Below are positions 9,554 through 18,072 of a stretch of DNA of 61,095 nucleotides, in pieces. The stretch covers positions 1 through 61,095 of the IMG/VR virus record IMGVR_UViG_3300046788_000030. The stretch is one strand, 5' to 3'. The stretch is from a virus. Taxonomy: Duplodnaviria; Caudoviricetes. The notes under the pieces were generated by a model that was not told the DNA's origin, made no database searches, and saw only the letters and a program-made list of their open reading frames with translations. Every line of letters begins with the position of its first letter. Position 1 is the first letter of the stretch. The position numbers and the translations under genes were made by a program.

Positions 9554-11790
9554 GCGCAGCCAAAGTAGCAGCAATGCCACCTAACACAGCAGGTGAGATG
9601 GATGCAGCGCCGCTGCCACGGGACCGGGATAGGCTACGTGCCCTTGGCAACCGGTTGGCAGATCGCTTCAAGCAGTACGAGTCGGCCCGTAAGCTGCAGG
9701 AGTTGAAGTGGACTCGCAACCTGCGCCAGTTCCTCGGCGAGTATGACCCGGAGGTGAAGATCGACAAGGAACGGTCTCAGGCATACCCACGTATTACACG
9801 AGTTAAATGCATCTCCTTCCTGTCGCGGATGATGAACCTGCTGTTCCCGCAGACCGAGAAGAACTGGGGCATCGAGATCTCCCCGGTGCCCAACCTGAGT
9901 CGGGAGGATCTGCAGCAGGTACTGGCCGAAGCGCAGCAGCATGCACAGACGACGCAGACCCAACTCAACGACGAGTTGATCGAGCAGGCCATCCGCGACT
10001 TCGCCAAGAAGCGTGCGGACAATCTTTCGCAGGAAGTGTCCGACCAGTTGACCGAGATTGGCGGCAGCCGCAACGTCAGCTACGTGTCGCTGTGTCGCCG
10101 GGTGATGCTGTCGGGGATCATGTACGGGGTGGGGGTGATGAAGGGTCCGTTCACCCGTACGCAGCTACGGCGCACATGGCAGAAGGACGAGCAGACCGGG
10201 CAGTACGTGGCGACTGAGGTGCCGGGGTTCCGGCCACACTTCGAATTCGTGCCGATCTGGGAGTATTACCCGGATATGTCGGCCAAGCACTTCTACCAGA
10301 TGGATGGCCAGTTCCAGCGTATGGTGATGAGCATGAGTCAGATGCGGGAACTGGCAGATCGCCCTGATTTCTTCGGTGACACTATCAAGGGCATCTTGAA
10401 GAACAATCCACAAGGTAATTTCAAGGAGAAGCAGTTCGAATCGGATTTGCGTACTATGGGGGTGTCGACCAATGTCAGCCCTAATACCACAACGAAATAC
10501 GAAGTGTTGGTGTGGGAGGGATATGTATCCGCCGAAGACATCAAGGCTTGTGGCGTGGTACTTCCGGAGGGTTTTGAAGCAGACACCGCCGATGCTTCGA
10601 TCTGGATGGTCGATAACCAGATCATCAAGGGTGACGTGTCCCCATGGCTGGCACTGGAGCCGGATCAACGCACGGCGATGTACCACCACTTTCTGTTCGA
10701 AGAAGACGACAGCAACCTGATGGGCAATGGCCTGCCCAATATCATGCGTGACTCGCAGATGGCCATCGCCGCTGCCACCCGCATGCTGCTCGACAATGCA
10801 TCGGTCACCTGTGGCCCCAATTTGGAGGTCAATGTCGATCTGCTGCGGCCCGGTCAGGATGTGCAGACGGTGCAGCCGTACAAGCTCTGGTCGCGTGAGG
10901 GGATGGGCGCGGAAGCGCAGTGGCCCGCCGTGCGCGAGATCAACATCGCCTCGCACATTCCGGAGTTGAAGGAGGTGGTGGAGATGTTCATGGACTTCGC
11001 CGACCGCGAGACGTTCGTCAATCCTGCTACTGGTGGGGATATGCAGGGCCAACCTAGCGAGCCGATGCGCACCGCAGCCGGGGCGTCGATGATCCACGGC
11101 ATGGCGGCGCTGCCGTTCAAGGACGCCGTGCACAATTTCGACACCTTCACCATCTCGGTGGTGCAGTCGCTGATCCTGTTCAACAAGCACTTCAATCCCG
11201 ATCCCAACATCCGTGGTGATTTCCAGCCGATTGCAAGAGGATCAACCAGTCTCATCGCCAAGGAGGTGCGTGGCATGGCACTGGATAACTTGGCGGCTAC
11301 GCTGCAGCCAGAGGAGCGGCCTTACCTGAACTGGCACAAGCTGCTGACAGAGCGGCTGCGGGTGCGTGATGTCGATGCCAGCATAGTGGTGGTCTCCGAT
11401 CTGGAAGCCAACATGATCGACCAGCAGAACCAAGCCAAGGCGGCGGAACAGGCAGCCAGTGCGAAGGAGATGCTGACTGCGCAGATCCGCGAGACGCTGG
11501 CCAGCGCAGTCAAGTCGCTGACCCAATCCGATGCCAATTCGGCCAAGGCCGACGCCGCGACGCAGAAGCAGACTATCGATGTCTACAACGCCATGCTGAA
11601 GGGGTTGGAGAGTGGGGTAACTCCAGCCGACGTACACGCAGCTACTCAAGGTGCCCAGTTACCAGATGCAATTGCCAAGGGCTTCCGTAAGATGAGCGGT
11701 AAGGACAAAACACCAACCCCCAAAGAAGGCGAAGTGCCAGAACCACCACCGCCACAGGCAATGATGCCACCACCGCCGGGAATGATGTGA
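9550..11790 (+). CDS. Portal protein (head-tail connector)
   Basis: 746 aa after TerL. YPRITRVKC, YG.GV.KGP, G.GLP.IMRDSQ..I.AA.RMLLDNA...GP.LEVN and RTA.GASM motifs. Q/P-rich C-terminus typical of podoviral portals. Confidence 0.9.
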   Translation: MSAAKVAAMPPNTAGEMDAAPLPRDRDRLRALGNRLADRFKQYESARKLQELKWTRNLRQFLGEYDPEVKIDKERSQAYPRITRVKCISFLSRMMNLLFPQTEKNWGIEISPVPNLSREDLQQVLAEAQQHAQTTQTQLNDELIEQAIRDFAKKRADNLSQEVSDQLTEIGGSRNVSYVSLCRRVMLSGIMYGVGVMKGPFTRTQLRRTWQKDEQTGQYVATEVPGFRPHFEFVPIWEYYPDMSAKHFYQMDGQFQRMVMSMSQMRELADRPDFFGDTIKGILKNNPQGNFKEKQFESDLRTMGVSTNVSPNTTTKYEVLVWEGYVSAEDIKACGVVLPEGFEADTADASIWMVDNQIIKGDVSPWLALEPDQRTAMYHHFLFEEDDSNLMGNGLPNIMRDSQMAIAAATRMLLDNASVTCGPNLEVNVDLLRPGQDVQTVQPYKLWSREGMGAEAQWPAVREINIASHIPELKEVVEMFMDFADRETFVNPATGGDMQGQPSEPMRTAAGASMIHGMAALPFKDAVHNFDTFTISVVQSLILFNKHFNPDPNIRGDFQPIARGSTSLIAKEVRGMALDNLAATLQPEERPYLNWHKLLTERLRVRDVDASIVVVSDLEANMIDQQNQAKAAEQAASAKEMLTAQIRETLASAVKSLTQSDANSAKADAATQKQTIDVYNAMLKGLESGVTPADVHAATQGAQLPDAIAKGFRKMSGKDKTPTPKEGEVPEPPPPQAMMPPPPGMM

Positions 11791-12023
11791 TGGATGCGAA
11801 GATGCAGGTCAATGAACTTCGCACAAGGTTGTACGCAATGCGTGGTGAATTGGCATGTGAAGCATTGCTGCGGTTGGTAGCAGTGGAGTTGACCATGTTG
11901 GACCGGCGTTTGCGTACTTGCACAGAAGCGGAATTGTTGCATTTGCAGGGGCAGGTGCACATCTGGGAGAAGCTGCAGAAATACATCAATGAACAACCCC
12001 CGCCAGTGAAGAGCTTGACATAA
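11787..12023 (+). CDS. Small conserved head-region protein
   Basis: 78 aa with an L..LQG motif, between portal and scaffold. Overlaps the portal stop. Confidence 0.7.
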   Translation: MMDAKMQVNELRTRLYAMRGELACEALLRLVAVELTMLDRRLRTCTEAELLHLQGQVHIWEKLQKYINEQPPPVKSLT

Positions 12024-12043
12024 CCGAATCAAAGGCTTACAAG
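12015..12043 (+). promoter_or_regulatory. Possible sigma70-type promoter for scaffold/capsid genes
   Basis: TTGACA-17 nt-TACAAG just upstream of the scaffold start. The -10 box is imperfect. Confidence 0.4.
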
Positions 12044-12051
12044 GACATCCC

Positions 12052-12969
12052 ATGGCTACCACACCAGAACAACCGCAAGACACAGCAGCCAGTGCTGCCG
12101 CAGCATTAGCTGATCAATCATTCGCAGACGCATTCGCGGAAGCGGTTGCGGAATCGCCCCCACCGACAACTCCGGTGGCTGCTGAAGCGCCCAAGGCCGA
12201 AGCGGAAGCTCCCCCTGTCGAAGCTGCCCCGGCTGCAGAAGAACCAGCACCTGTCGAGGAGCCGGAAGAGACGCCGGATGCCAAGATCGCACGGCTGGAA
12301 GCGGAGGTGGCGGAATTCAAGAAGGCACCTCCGACGCCTGCACCGACACCGGAACCGGTCGAGGCCAAGCCGGAACCCAAGGCACCGGAGCAGCCTGCCG
12401 CGCCGGTCGAGCCGCAGTGGTACAGGCCGACCGATGAGGAAGCGGCTACGCTCAAGCGGCACGAGGAGCAGTGGCCGGAAATTTCCACTGCAGAGGCACT
12501 GCGTACCAAGGTGGCAGTGTACAACGCAGTGCAGTATGTATTTACCAAGATGGGTGAGGTGTATGGTCCTGTCTTGCGCCGGTTCAATGACACTGCCGAT
12601 GCCATCGAAGAGCAACTGACTCTTGGTGCATTGCGTAGTGAGCATGAGGACTACGATACGATATATGGCAAAGTGGTGGCATGGGTGCCAACGTTGCCGG
12701 TAGCATTTCGTCAGGGTGCTGAACGAGTGATGAAGGAAGGTACGCCGGAAGAGGTGGCCGACTTGATCAGCACCTACAAACAGTCAATCGCTGCGCCGCC
12801 AAGCGCAGCCGCAGCACCTGCAGCAAAACGTACGCCCGAACTGTCAGCACCGGCCAAAAAAGCGGCGGCGGCGCTCACCGTGGTCGGCTCCAAACGCTCA
12901 ACGCCGGTTACTGCCATCGACGCCAATGATTTTGATGGTGCGTGGGCTGATGCAATCAACCAGCGTTGA
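12052..12969 (+). CDS. Capsid scaffolding protein
   Basis: A/E/P-rich, acidic, coiled. C-terminal D.NDFDGAW. Immediately upstream of the major capsid gene. Confidence 0.8.
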   Translation: MATTPEQPQDTAASAAAALADQSFADAFAEAVAESPPPTTPVAAEAPKAEAEAPPVEAAPAAEEPAPVEEPEETPDAKIARLEAEVAEFKKAPPTPAPTPEPVEAKPEPKAPEQPAAPVEPQWYRPTDEEAATLKRHEEQWPEISTAEALRTKVAVYNAVQYVFTKMGEVYGPVLRRFNDTADAIEEQLTLGALRSEHEDYDTIYGKVVAWVPTLPVAFRQGAERVMKEGTPEEVADLISTYKQSIAAPPSAAAAPAAKRTPELSAPAKKAAAALTVVGSKRSTPVTAIDANDFDGAWADAINQR

Positions 12970-13000
12970 CTGACATTCATCTCGTACAAAGGATATAACC

Positions 13001-14041
13001 ATGGCAACTCCCGTCACCTACGGAGATATCACTCCCCGTACCGCTGCCTACGTCGTAAAGGATCTGCTCAAGCGTGCCATGCCGTACATGGTGCTGGAGA
13101 AATTCGGGCAGCAGTATCCCATTCCGCAGAACAACACCAAGAGCGCGAAGTTCCGTCGCTACTTCCTTGTCGGTGCCACCGGCTCGGCGGGCGCGGGCAC
13201 GGTAGGTCAACCGTACTTCGTGCCGATTGCGATCACGCCACTGGTCGAAGGCATCACGCCATCCGGCTCCCGGCTGACGTACGTCGACTACACGGTCCAA
13301 CTGAATCAGTATGGTGACTTCATCACCATCACCGATGTGGTGGAAGACACCCACGAAGACCCGGTGCTGCAGGAAGCCACCACGATCATGGCAGAGCAGG
13401 CGTCGCTGACCATCGAGACGGTGCGCTACAACATCCTGAAGGCGGGCACCAACGTCTTCTACGCGGGTGGTGTGGTTGGTCGCAGCACGGTTGTCACTCC
13501 GATGACGTTGGCGCTGCAGCGGCAGATCACCACGGCGCTGAATCGGCAGAATGCGAAGTTCATCACGTCGGTGCTGAAGTCGACACCGGACTATCGGACG
13601 GAGCCAATCGAGGCCGCGTACATCGCGCTGATCCATCCGGACTGCGAGACCGATGTCCGCACCATGACCGGTTTCATCAGCACCAAGCAGTACGGCACGA
13701 CCACGCCATGGGAGAACGAAATCGGCTCGGTCGAGCGTGTGCGTTACCTTACCTCCACAGTGTTCGCGCCGTTCCCCGACGCGGGTGGTGCCAAGGGTCT
13801 GATGCGTTCCACCAGCGGCACGCTGGCGGATGTGTACCCGATCCTGATCATCGCTCGCGATGCGTACGGCATCGTGCCGTTGCGCGGCAAGGATTCGCTG
13901 ACGCCGATGGTGGTCAATCCGAAACCGGCGGCTGGTGACCCACTGGGTCAGCGTGGTACGGTGGGCTGGAAAGCGTGGCAGTCGGCGGTCATCCTGCAAG
14001 ACGCCTTCTTCATCCGCTGCGAAGTCGCGGCGACGGCGTAA
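13001..14041 (+). CDS. Major capsid protein, N4-gp56 family
   Basis: YGDI.PRTAAY, KFRRY, LxEG.TP, QYG....TD, EIG.VE.VR and DPLGQRG.VGWK motifs of this family. Confidence 0.92.
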   Translation: MATPVTYGDITPRTAAYVVKDLLKRAMPYMVLEKFGQQYPIPQNNTKSAKFRRYFLVGATGSAGAGTVGQPYFVPIAITPLVEGITPSGSRLTYVDYTVQLNQYGDFITITDVVEDTHEDPVLQEATTIMAEQASLTIETVRYNILKAGTNVFYAGGVVGRSTVVTPMTLALQRQITTALNRQNAKFITSVLKSTPDYRTEPIEAAYIALIHPDCETDVRTMTGFISTKQYGTTTPWENEIGSVERVRYLTSTVFAPFPDAGGAKGLMRSTSGTLADVYPILIIARDAYGIVPLRGKDSLTPMVVNPKPAAGDPLGQRGTVGWKAWQSAVILQDAFFIRCEVAATA

Positions 14042-14050
14042 GGAGTCGTC

Positions 14051-14467
14051 ATGACTACCAAACACGATCAAGTGATCAAGGACGAGGCCGACGCCGAAAA
14101 GCGGCACAAGGCCGAGAAGGAAGTGCCAGTCGAGAAGGTCAAGCGTCCGATGATGTTCGACCTGTCGCCGCTGGCTGCCGATGCGCCGATGCCTGCAGGT
14201 ACGGTGGCGGTGCAAGCATCGATGATGGACCCGGAGACCAAGAAGGTCATCGAGCAACTGATTGTCGAGATCAGGAAGCAGGTATCGGGAGGTGGCGGCG
14301 GGAGCGGTGGTGGTACTGCCACCGATCTCAGTTCAGTGGTTACCGATCTGAACTCGCTGCGTGACGCGATCATGCTGACCAACGCCTCGCTCGACGCCGA
14401 TACCGGCGTGGCTACCACCACGTACGCCGAGAACGGCGATCCACCCCCAATTACCACTGTCGCTTGA
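14051..14467 (+). CDS. Head decoration/fibre protein (putative)
   Basis: Directly after the capsid gene, RBS AGGAG. Gly linker, then a LDAD.GV..T.YA motif seen in head fibre proteins. Confidence 0.6.
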   Translation: MTTKHDQVIKDEADAEKRHKAEKEVPVEKVKRPMMFDLSPLAADAPMPAGTVAVQASMMDPETKKVIEQLIVEIRKQVSGGGGGSGGGTATDLSSVVTDLNSLRDAIMLTNASLDADTGVATTTYAENGDPPPITTVA

Positions 14468-14480
14468 AGGAGATGACAAC

Positions 14481-14828
14481 ATGGCACTGACTACCAATAC
14501 ACAAACGCAGGCCGCAGGCGTTCTCAACTACGCCACTGGCTACGTCGTGACCGATGCGGCAGCGGCGGTGAATACCACCTTCGTGGTGGGCTTCACTCCC
14601 CGTTCCATCCGGGTGTACAACGTCACGGATGGCATCAGCGACGAGTGGTTCGCCGGTATGGCCAATGGCTCGGCACTGCATACCGTCGCTGCAGGTACTC
14701 GCACGCTGGCAGCATCGCCGACCGGTATCACGGTTGGTACGGCAGCCGGTGGTGATGCTGGCAGTTTCACAATTCCGGCGGCGCTGATCCCGGCGTCGAA
14801 GACGCTGATCTGGGAAGCCCAAGGTTAG
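14481..14828 (+). CDS. Virion structural protein
   Basis: RBS AAGGAG. VGF.PR.IRV.N.TD....EW..GMA motif. A/T/G-rich. Confidence 0.75.
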   Translation: MALTTNTQTQAAGVLNYATGYVVTDAAAAVNTTFVVGFTPRSIRVYNVTDGISDEWFAGMANGSALHTVAAGTRTLAASPTGITVGTAAGGDAGSFTIPAALIPASKTLIWEAQG

Positions 14829-14834
14829 GAGAGG

Positions 14835-15245
14835 ATGATCATGAATCTCAATTCTGCAGTAACGTATGTCCGGTCCCTGCCGATGGTTCCCGACGAGCAG
14901 GCTTACATCATCATGCTCATGACGCAGGCTGAAGCGCGACGGCCACCTCCGGAAGATCCGGAGGTGTTGAAGGCGCGGGCGGCTGCGGCGGCTTCCGCAA
15001 CGGCACAGGCAAAAGCTGCAGCCAGTGCGGAAGTGGCAAAGCAGGCCGCTGCAGACGTGCAGAAGGCGCAGGATGACAAGGAAGCTACCGAAGCCGGGGT
15101 GAAGGCCGCGCATGATGCCAAGGCTGCAGCCGACAAGGTTGCAGCGGAAGACAAGGCGGCTGCGGCCAAGGTTGCGCATGAGGCCAAGGCTGCGGCCGAC
15201 AAGGTTGCGGCGCAGGACAAGAAGGCAGCGGAAACGGTGGGTTGA
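14835..15245 (+). CDS. Ala/Lys-rich coiled-coil protein with internal duplication
   Basis: RBS AGGAGAGG. AH[DE]AKAAADKVAA[EQ]DK occurs twice (66-nt period). Confidence 0.7.
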   Translation: MIMNLNSAVTYVRSLPMVPDEQAYIIMLMTQAEARRPPPEDPEVLKARAAAAASATAQAKAAASAEVAKQAAADVQKAQDDKEATEAGVKAAHDAKAAADKVAAEDKAAAAKVAHEAKAAADKVAAQDKKAAETVG

Positions 15246-15259
15246 TGGTGCGCGTTATA

Positions 15260-15311
15260 ACGGGGGGCGGCGGGCAACTCCTCCGCACCGTATAAGACCC
15301 TCCGTCTTTTT
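15260..15311 (+). terminator. Putative intrinsic terminator or attenuator after the capsid genes
   Basis: ACGGGGGG...CCCTCCGT outer stem with inner GCGG/CCGC, followed by CTTTTT. Confidence 0.5.
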
Positions 15312-15321
15312 GGAGTGCATC

Positions 15322-15567
15322 ATGAGTGAATGCATTGTCCGTATCGAGCGGTTGCAGAACGGCTACGAAGTCGAAGTGATCGATGAAAAGATCCAAGACG
15401 AGAACATGAAGCCAAGGGCTGCATGGAAAGATCCGTGGAAGGGCTATGCATTCACCGATGTCAAGGAAGTGGTGGCATTCCTGACCAAGCATCTCGACAG
15501 TCTGCCAGTCGAAAAAGACGACTACGCAACATCATTCAACAAAGCAACAGCAGAAGACAAGGATTGA
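15322..15567 (+). CDS. Hypothetical conserved phage protein
   Basis: RBS GGAG. MSECIVRIERLQNGYEVE...Y..SFNKA. Start revised from 15112. Confidence 0.75.
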   Translation: MSECIVRIERLQNGYEVEVIDEKIQDENMKPRAAWKDPWKGYAFTDVKEVVAFLTKHLDSLPVEKDDYATSFNKATAEDKD

Positions 15568-15569
15568 CA

Positions 15570-15944
15570 ATGAGTGCAATGGCAAATGCATTTGCCGATA
15601 ACATCGGTGATGACACGGTATTGCCCATGGGCGTGGTGCCGGGGCAACTGATCGACAAACCCCCGGAAGTCGTCAATGAGCCGCCACCGTACACCGGGCC
15701 GCGTGCCTGCATTGTGCTGGAAGACAACGAAAACATCCCGCCGACCGGTCTGTTCATCGGTCACAATGGCCGGGGCTTCATCCTGCGCAGTGGCGAGAAG
15801 GCGATGGTGCCGGAAGAATTGCTGAACGTGCTGAACGACGCCGTGTGGTCAGCGCCCATCGTGGACGAGGCCACCCGGCAGATCATCGGCTATCGCAAGC
15901 GGCTGCGCTTTCCCTATCGTTTCGCTGATCCCAACGAGCCATGA
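15570..15944 (+). CDS. Conserved phage virion protein
   Basis: RBS AAGGA. FIGHNG....LR.GE...VPEEL..VL.DAV...RFPY motif. Start revised from 15423. Confidence 0.75.
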   Translation: MSAMANAFADNIGDDTVLPMGVVPGQLIDKPPEVVNEPPPYTGPRACIVLEDNENIPPTGLFIGHNGRGFILRSGEKAMVPEELLNVLNDAVWSAPIVDEATRQIIGYRKRLRFPYRFADPNEP

Positions 15945-15947
15945 AAC

Positions 15948-16790
15948 GTGGACATCGAAGAGTGTCTGGACGAATTGCAGGGGGCGCTGCTCCGTGACAT
16001 AAGCAGTCAGATCGCGGGTGATCCCGACGACTTCTGGCCCAAGCCCCGGCTGCTGCGCTACATCAACGAGGCGCAGCGCCGGTTCGCCCGCCGTGCCCTG
16101 TGCATCCGCGACGACAGCACGCCTGCCGTGGCCAAGGTGGCGCTGGTGCCCGGTCAGGTGCTGTACACGCTGCATCCCTCAGTGCTGCGGGTGTTGAGCG
16201 CACGTCATCAGGACGCAGTGCAGGATATGGTGCGGATGACCCATCCCAACACCTATGCCCGCCTGAACATCTACACTGATCATGTGGCATCCGGATTCAC
16301 TGGTGGCTTCAATGTCAATACCATGATCAGCACCGCTACCGCACCTTCTGAATACTCCACCGATGAGAGTGTGAAGGTGGATGATAAGTACCAGATTCAG
16401 TTACTGGTGCGGGCTACACCCAGTGCAGATCAGGCTGGCAAGTTCATTTACCTGCGCACGATACGTCTGCCGTTGATGACGTTGGCACTGGACGATGCAT
16501 CGGATGAGTCGCAGTCGCCAGAGGAAGCGACGGCCGGGGTGACCCAGCAACTGGAGATCCCCGAAGACTGGGCGCTGGACATGCTGGAGTGGGCAGCTTT
16601 CCGCGCATGGCGCACCTACGATGCCGAAGACGACAATGGCCGGGAGTGGGCCACGAAGAAGGCCAACTCGCACAGCGAGCGGTTCGAAGCGGCGGTGCGC
16701 GAGTGTCGACGGGAGATCGAAGACAAGATGCTGCAGCCGCTGAAGTGGGGCTTCGGGCAGGGCGCGTTCGGCGCGTACATCAAGAATTGA
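15948..16790 (+). CDS. Head-tail adaptor protein
   Basis: D..W....LLRYINEAQ.R.ARR N-terminus and EIPE.W...MLEWA..RA motif, typical of adaptor proteins. Position fits. Confidence 0.75.
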   Translation: MDIEECLDELQGALLRDISSQIAGDPDDFWPKPRLLRYINEAQRRFARRALCIRDDSTPAVAKVALVPGQVLYTLHPSVLRVLSARHQDAVQDMVRMTHPNTYARLNIYTDHVASGFTGGFNVNTMISTATAPSEYSTDESVKVDDKYQIQLLVRATPSADQAGKFIYLRTIRLPLMTLALDDASDESQSPEEATAGVTQQLEIPEDWALDMLEWAAFRAWRTYDAEDDNGREWATKKANSHSERFEAAVRECRREIEDKMLQPLKWGFGQGAFGAYIKN

Positions 16791-16797
16791 GGCAGTC

Positions 16798-18066
16798 ATG
16801 GCAAAGTCACTCGATCCCACCAACACCGAATGGAATGCTTCTTTAATCAATAACAGGGGTTATCCGCAATTGCCAAGTCCGGTTACTGCTGCACCTGCTG
16901 CACCAGCACAACCAACTGCACCTGCAGCACCGTTGGTAGGGTCACCTTATGGCTTCTCATTGGATCAGATGAGAAATGCGGCGAAGACGACCGGACAGAC
17001 ATCTCCTGTCATGGGGCCGAGTGCATTGGACGCACGTACATCGAACCCTACTGGGGATATGTATGGCACTACTCCCACGGTAGACGTGACAGGACCAACA
17101 CCCACTAACGCACAGTGGAACAACGCAGTGCCGGGAATGGAGTCGCCGGGACAGGCCGATCAGGACATTATCAACAAGAAGTCGCCTGTGTACAGTGCAG
17201 GTTATAGCAATAAACCAGCCGGTGGTGGCTGGTGGTCAGGTCCGGATGGTGTCAAGCATATGGTGCCTGCCACTCGTGACTCACAGGCTACGTTTACCAA
17301 TCCGGATGGTACGACGCAGGGGTACTACCGGCAGTCGGACATGCCCTCGCCGCTCACCGGGCAGCGTGGGTCGGTGTCGAGCATTTCGTCGGCGGCCATG
17401 TCGGGACTGTCGCCTGAGACCAGTCGCGCCTTGAGCGCGGCGCGGGCGGCAGCGGCCGACCGGGGTGACTTCGAAGCGGTCAGCAACTCCTACGGCGGCA
17501 ACTTCGCCGGGGGTCAGTTCCGGCCACAGGCACCGACTCTCCAGAGTCCGCTGCAGGATCAGATGAGTGCAGTGCGCGAGCAGTTGAATCAGGTGTCCAA
17601 TGACACGTCGATGACCGGGCGCATGCGCGAGCGTGAGCTATCCGCCCGCATGCTGGAACTGGGCAAGCTGGAGCATGACTACGCAGGCACCAACATTCAG
17701 CAAGGCCAGCTTGGCGTACAGCAAGGCCAGCTTGGCGTGCAGCAGGCCATGGTACCCATCCACCAGATGTCGGCAGAGGCGCAACAGTCACAAGCCAATA
17801 CGTCTTTCATGGCTCATTTGCCTGAAGCAGAGAAACAGTCGTTTATAAACGATATGATAAGACGTAAAGACATAAAGGGTTTGACAGCATTAGCACAAGC
17901 TCAGGCAGGCAAGACAGGCGAAACTTTGACACCGGGAGCAATACATTTGCCTACCAGTGTATTGAATCAAATAGCTGTTGCGCCGTTCATGCAAGGCATG
18001 CCGCAAGGAACACCATCATTGTATCCGTCGTTACCTTCGATTCCACCAAAACCAACTACCCGGTGA
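16798..18066 (+). CDS. Internal virion (ejection) protein, putative
   Basis: Low-complexity P/Q/G/A-rich. 21-nt tandem duplication QQGQLGV x2. Precedes the giant internal protein. Confidence 0.6.
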   Translation: MAKSLDPTNTEWNASLINNRGYPQLPSPVTAAPAAPAQPTAPAAPLVGSPYGFSLDQMRNAAKTTGQTSPVMGPSALDARTSNPTGDMYGTTPTVDVTGPTPTNAQWNNAVPGMESPGQADQDIINKKSPVYSAGYSNKPAGGGWWSGPDGVKHMVPATRDSQATFTNPDGTTQGYYRQSDMPSPLTGQRGSVSSISSAAMSGLSPETSRALSAARAAAADRGDFEAVSNSYGGNFAGGQFRPQAPTLQSPLQDQMSAVREQLNQVSNDTSMTGRMRERELSARMLELGKLEHDYAGTNIQQGQLGVQQGQLGVQQAMVPIHQMSAEAQQSQANTSFMAHLPEAEKQSFINDMIRRKDIKGLTALAQAQAGKTGETLTPGAIHLPTSVLNQIAVAPFMQGMPQGTPSLYPSLPSIPPKPTTR

Positions 18067-18072
18067 CATAGT

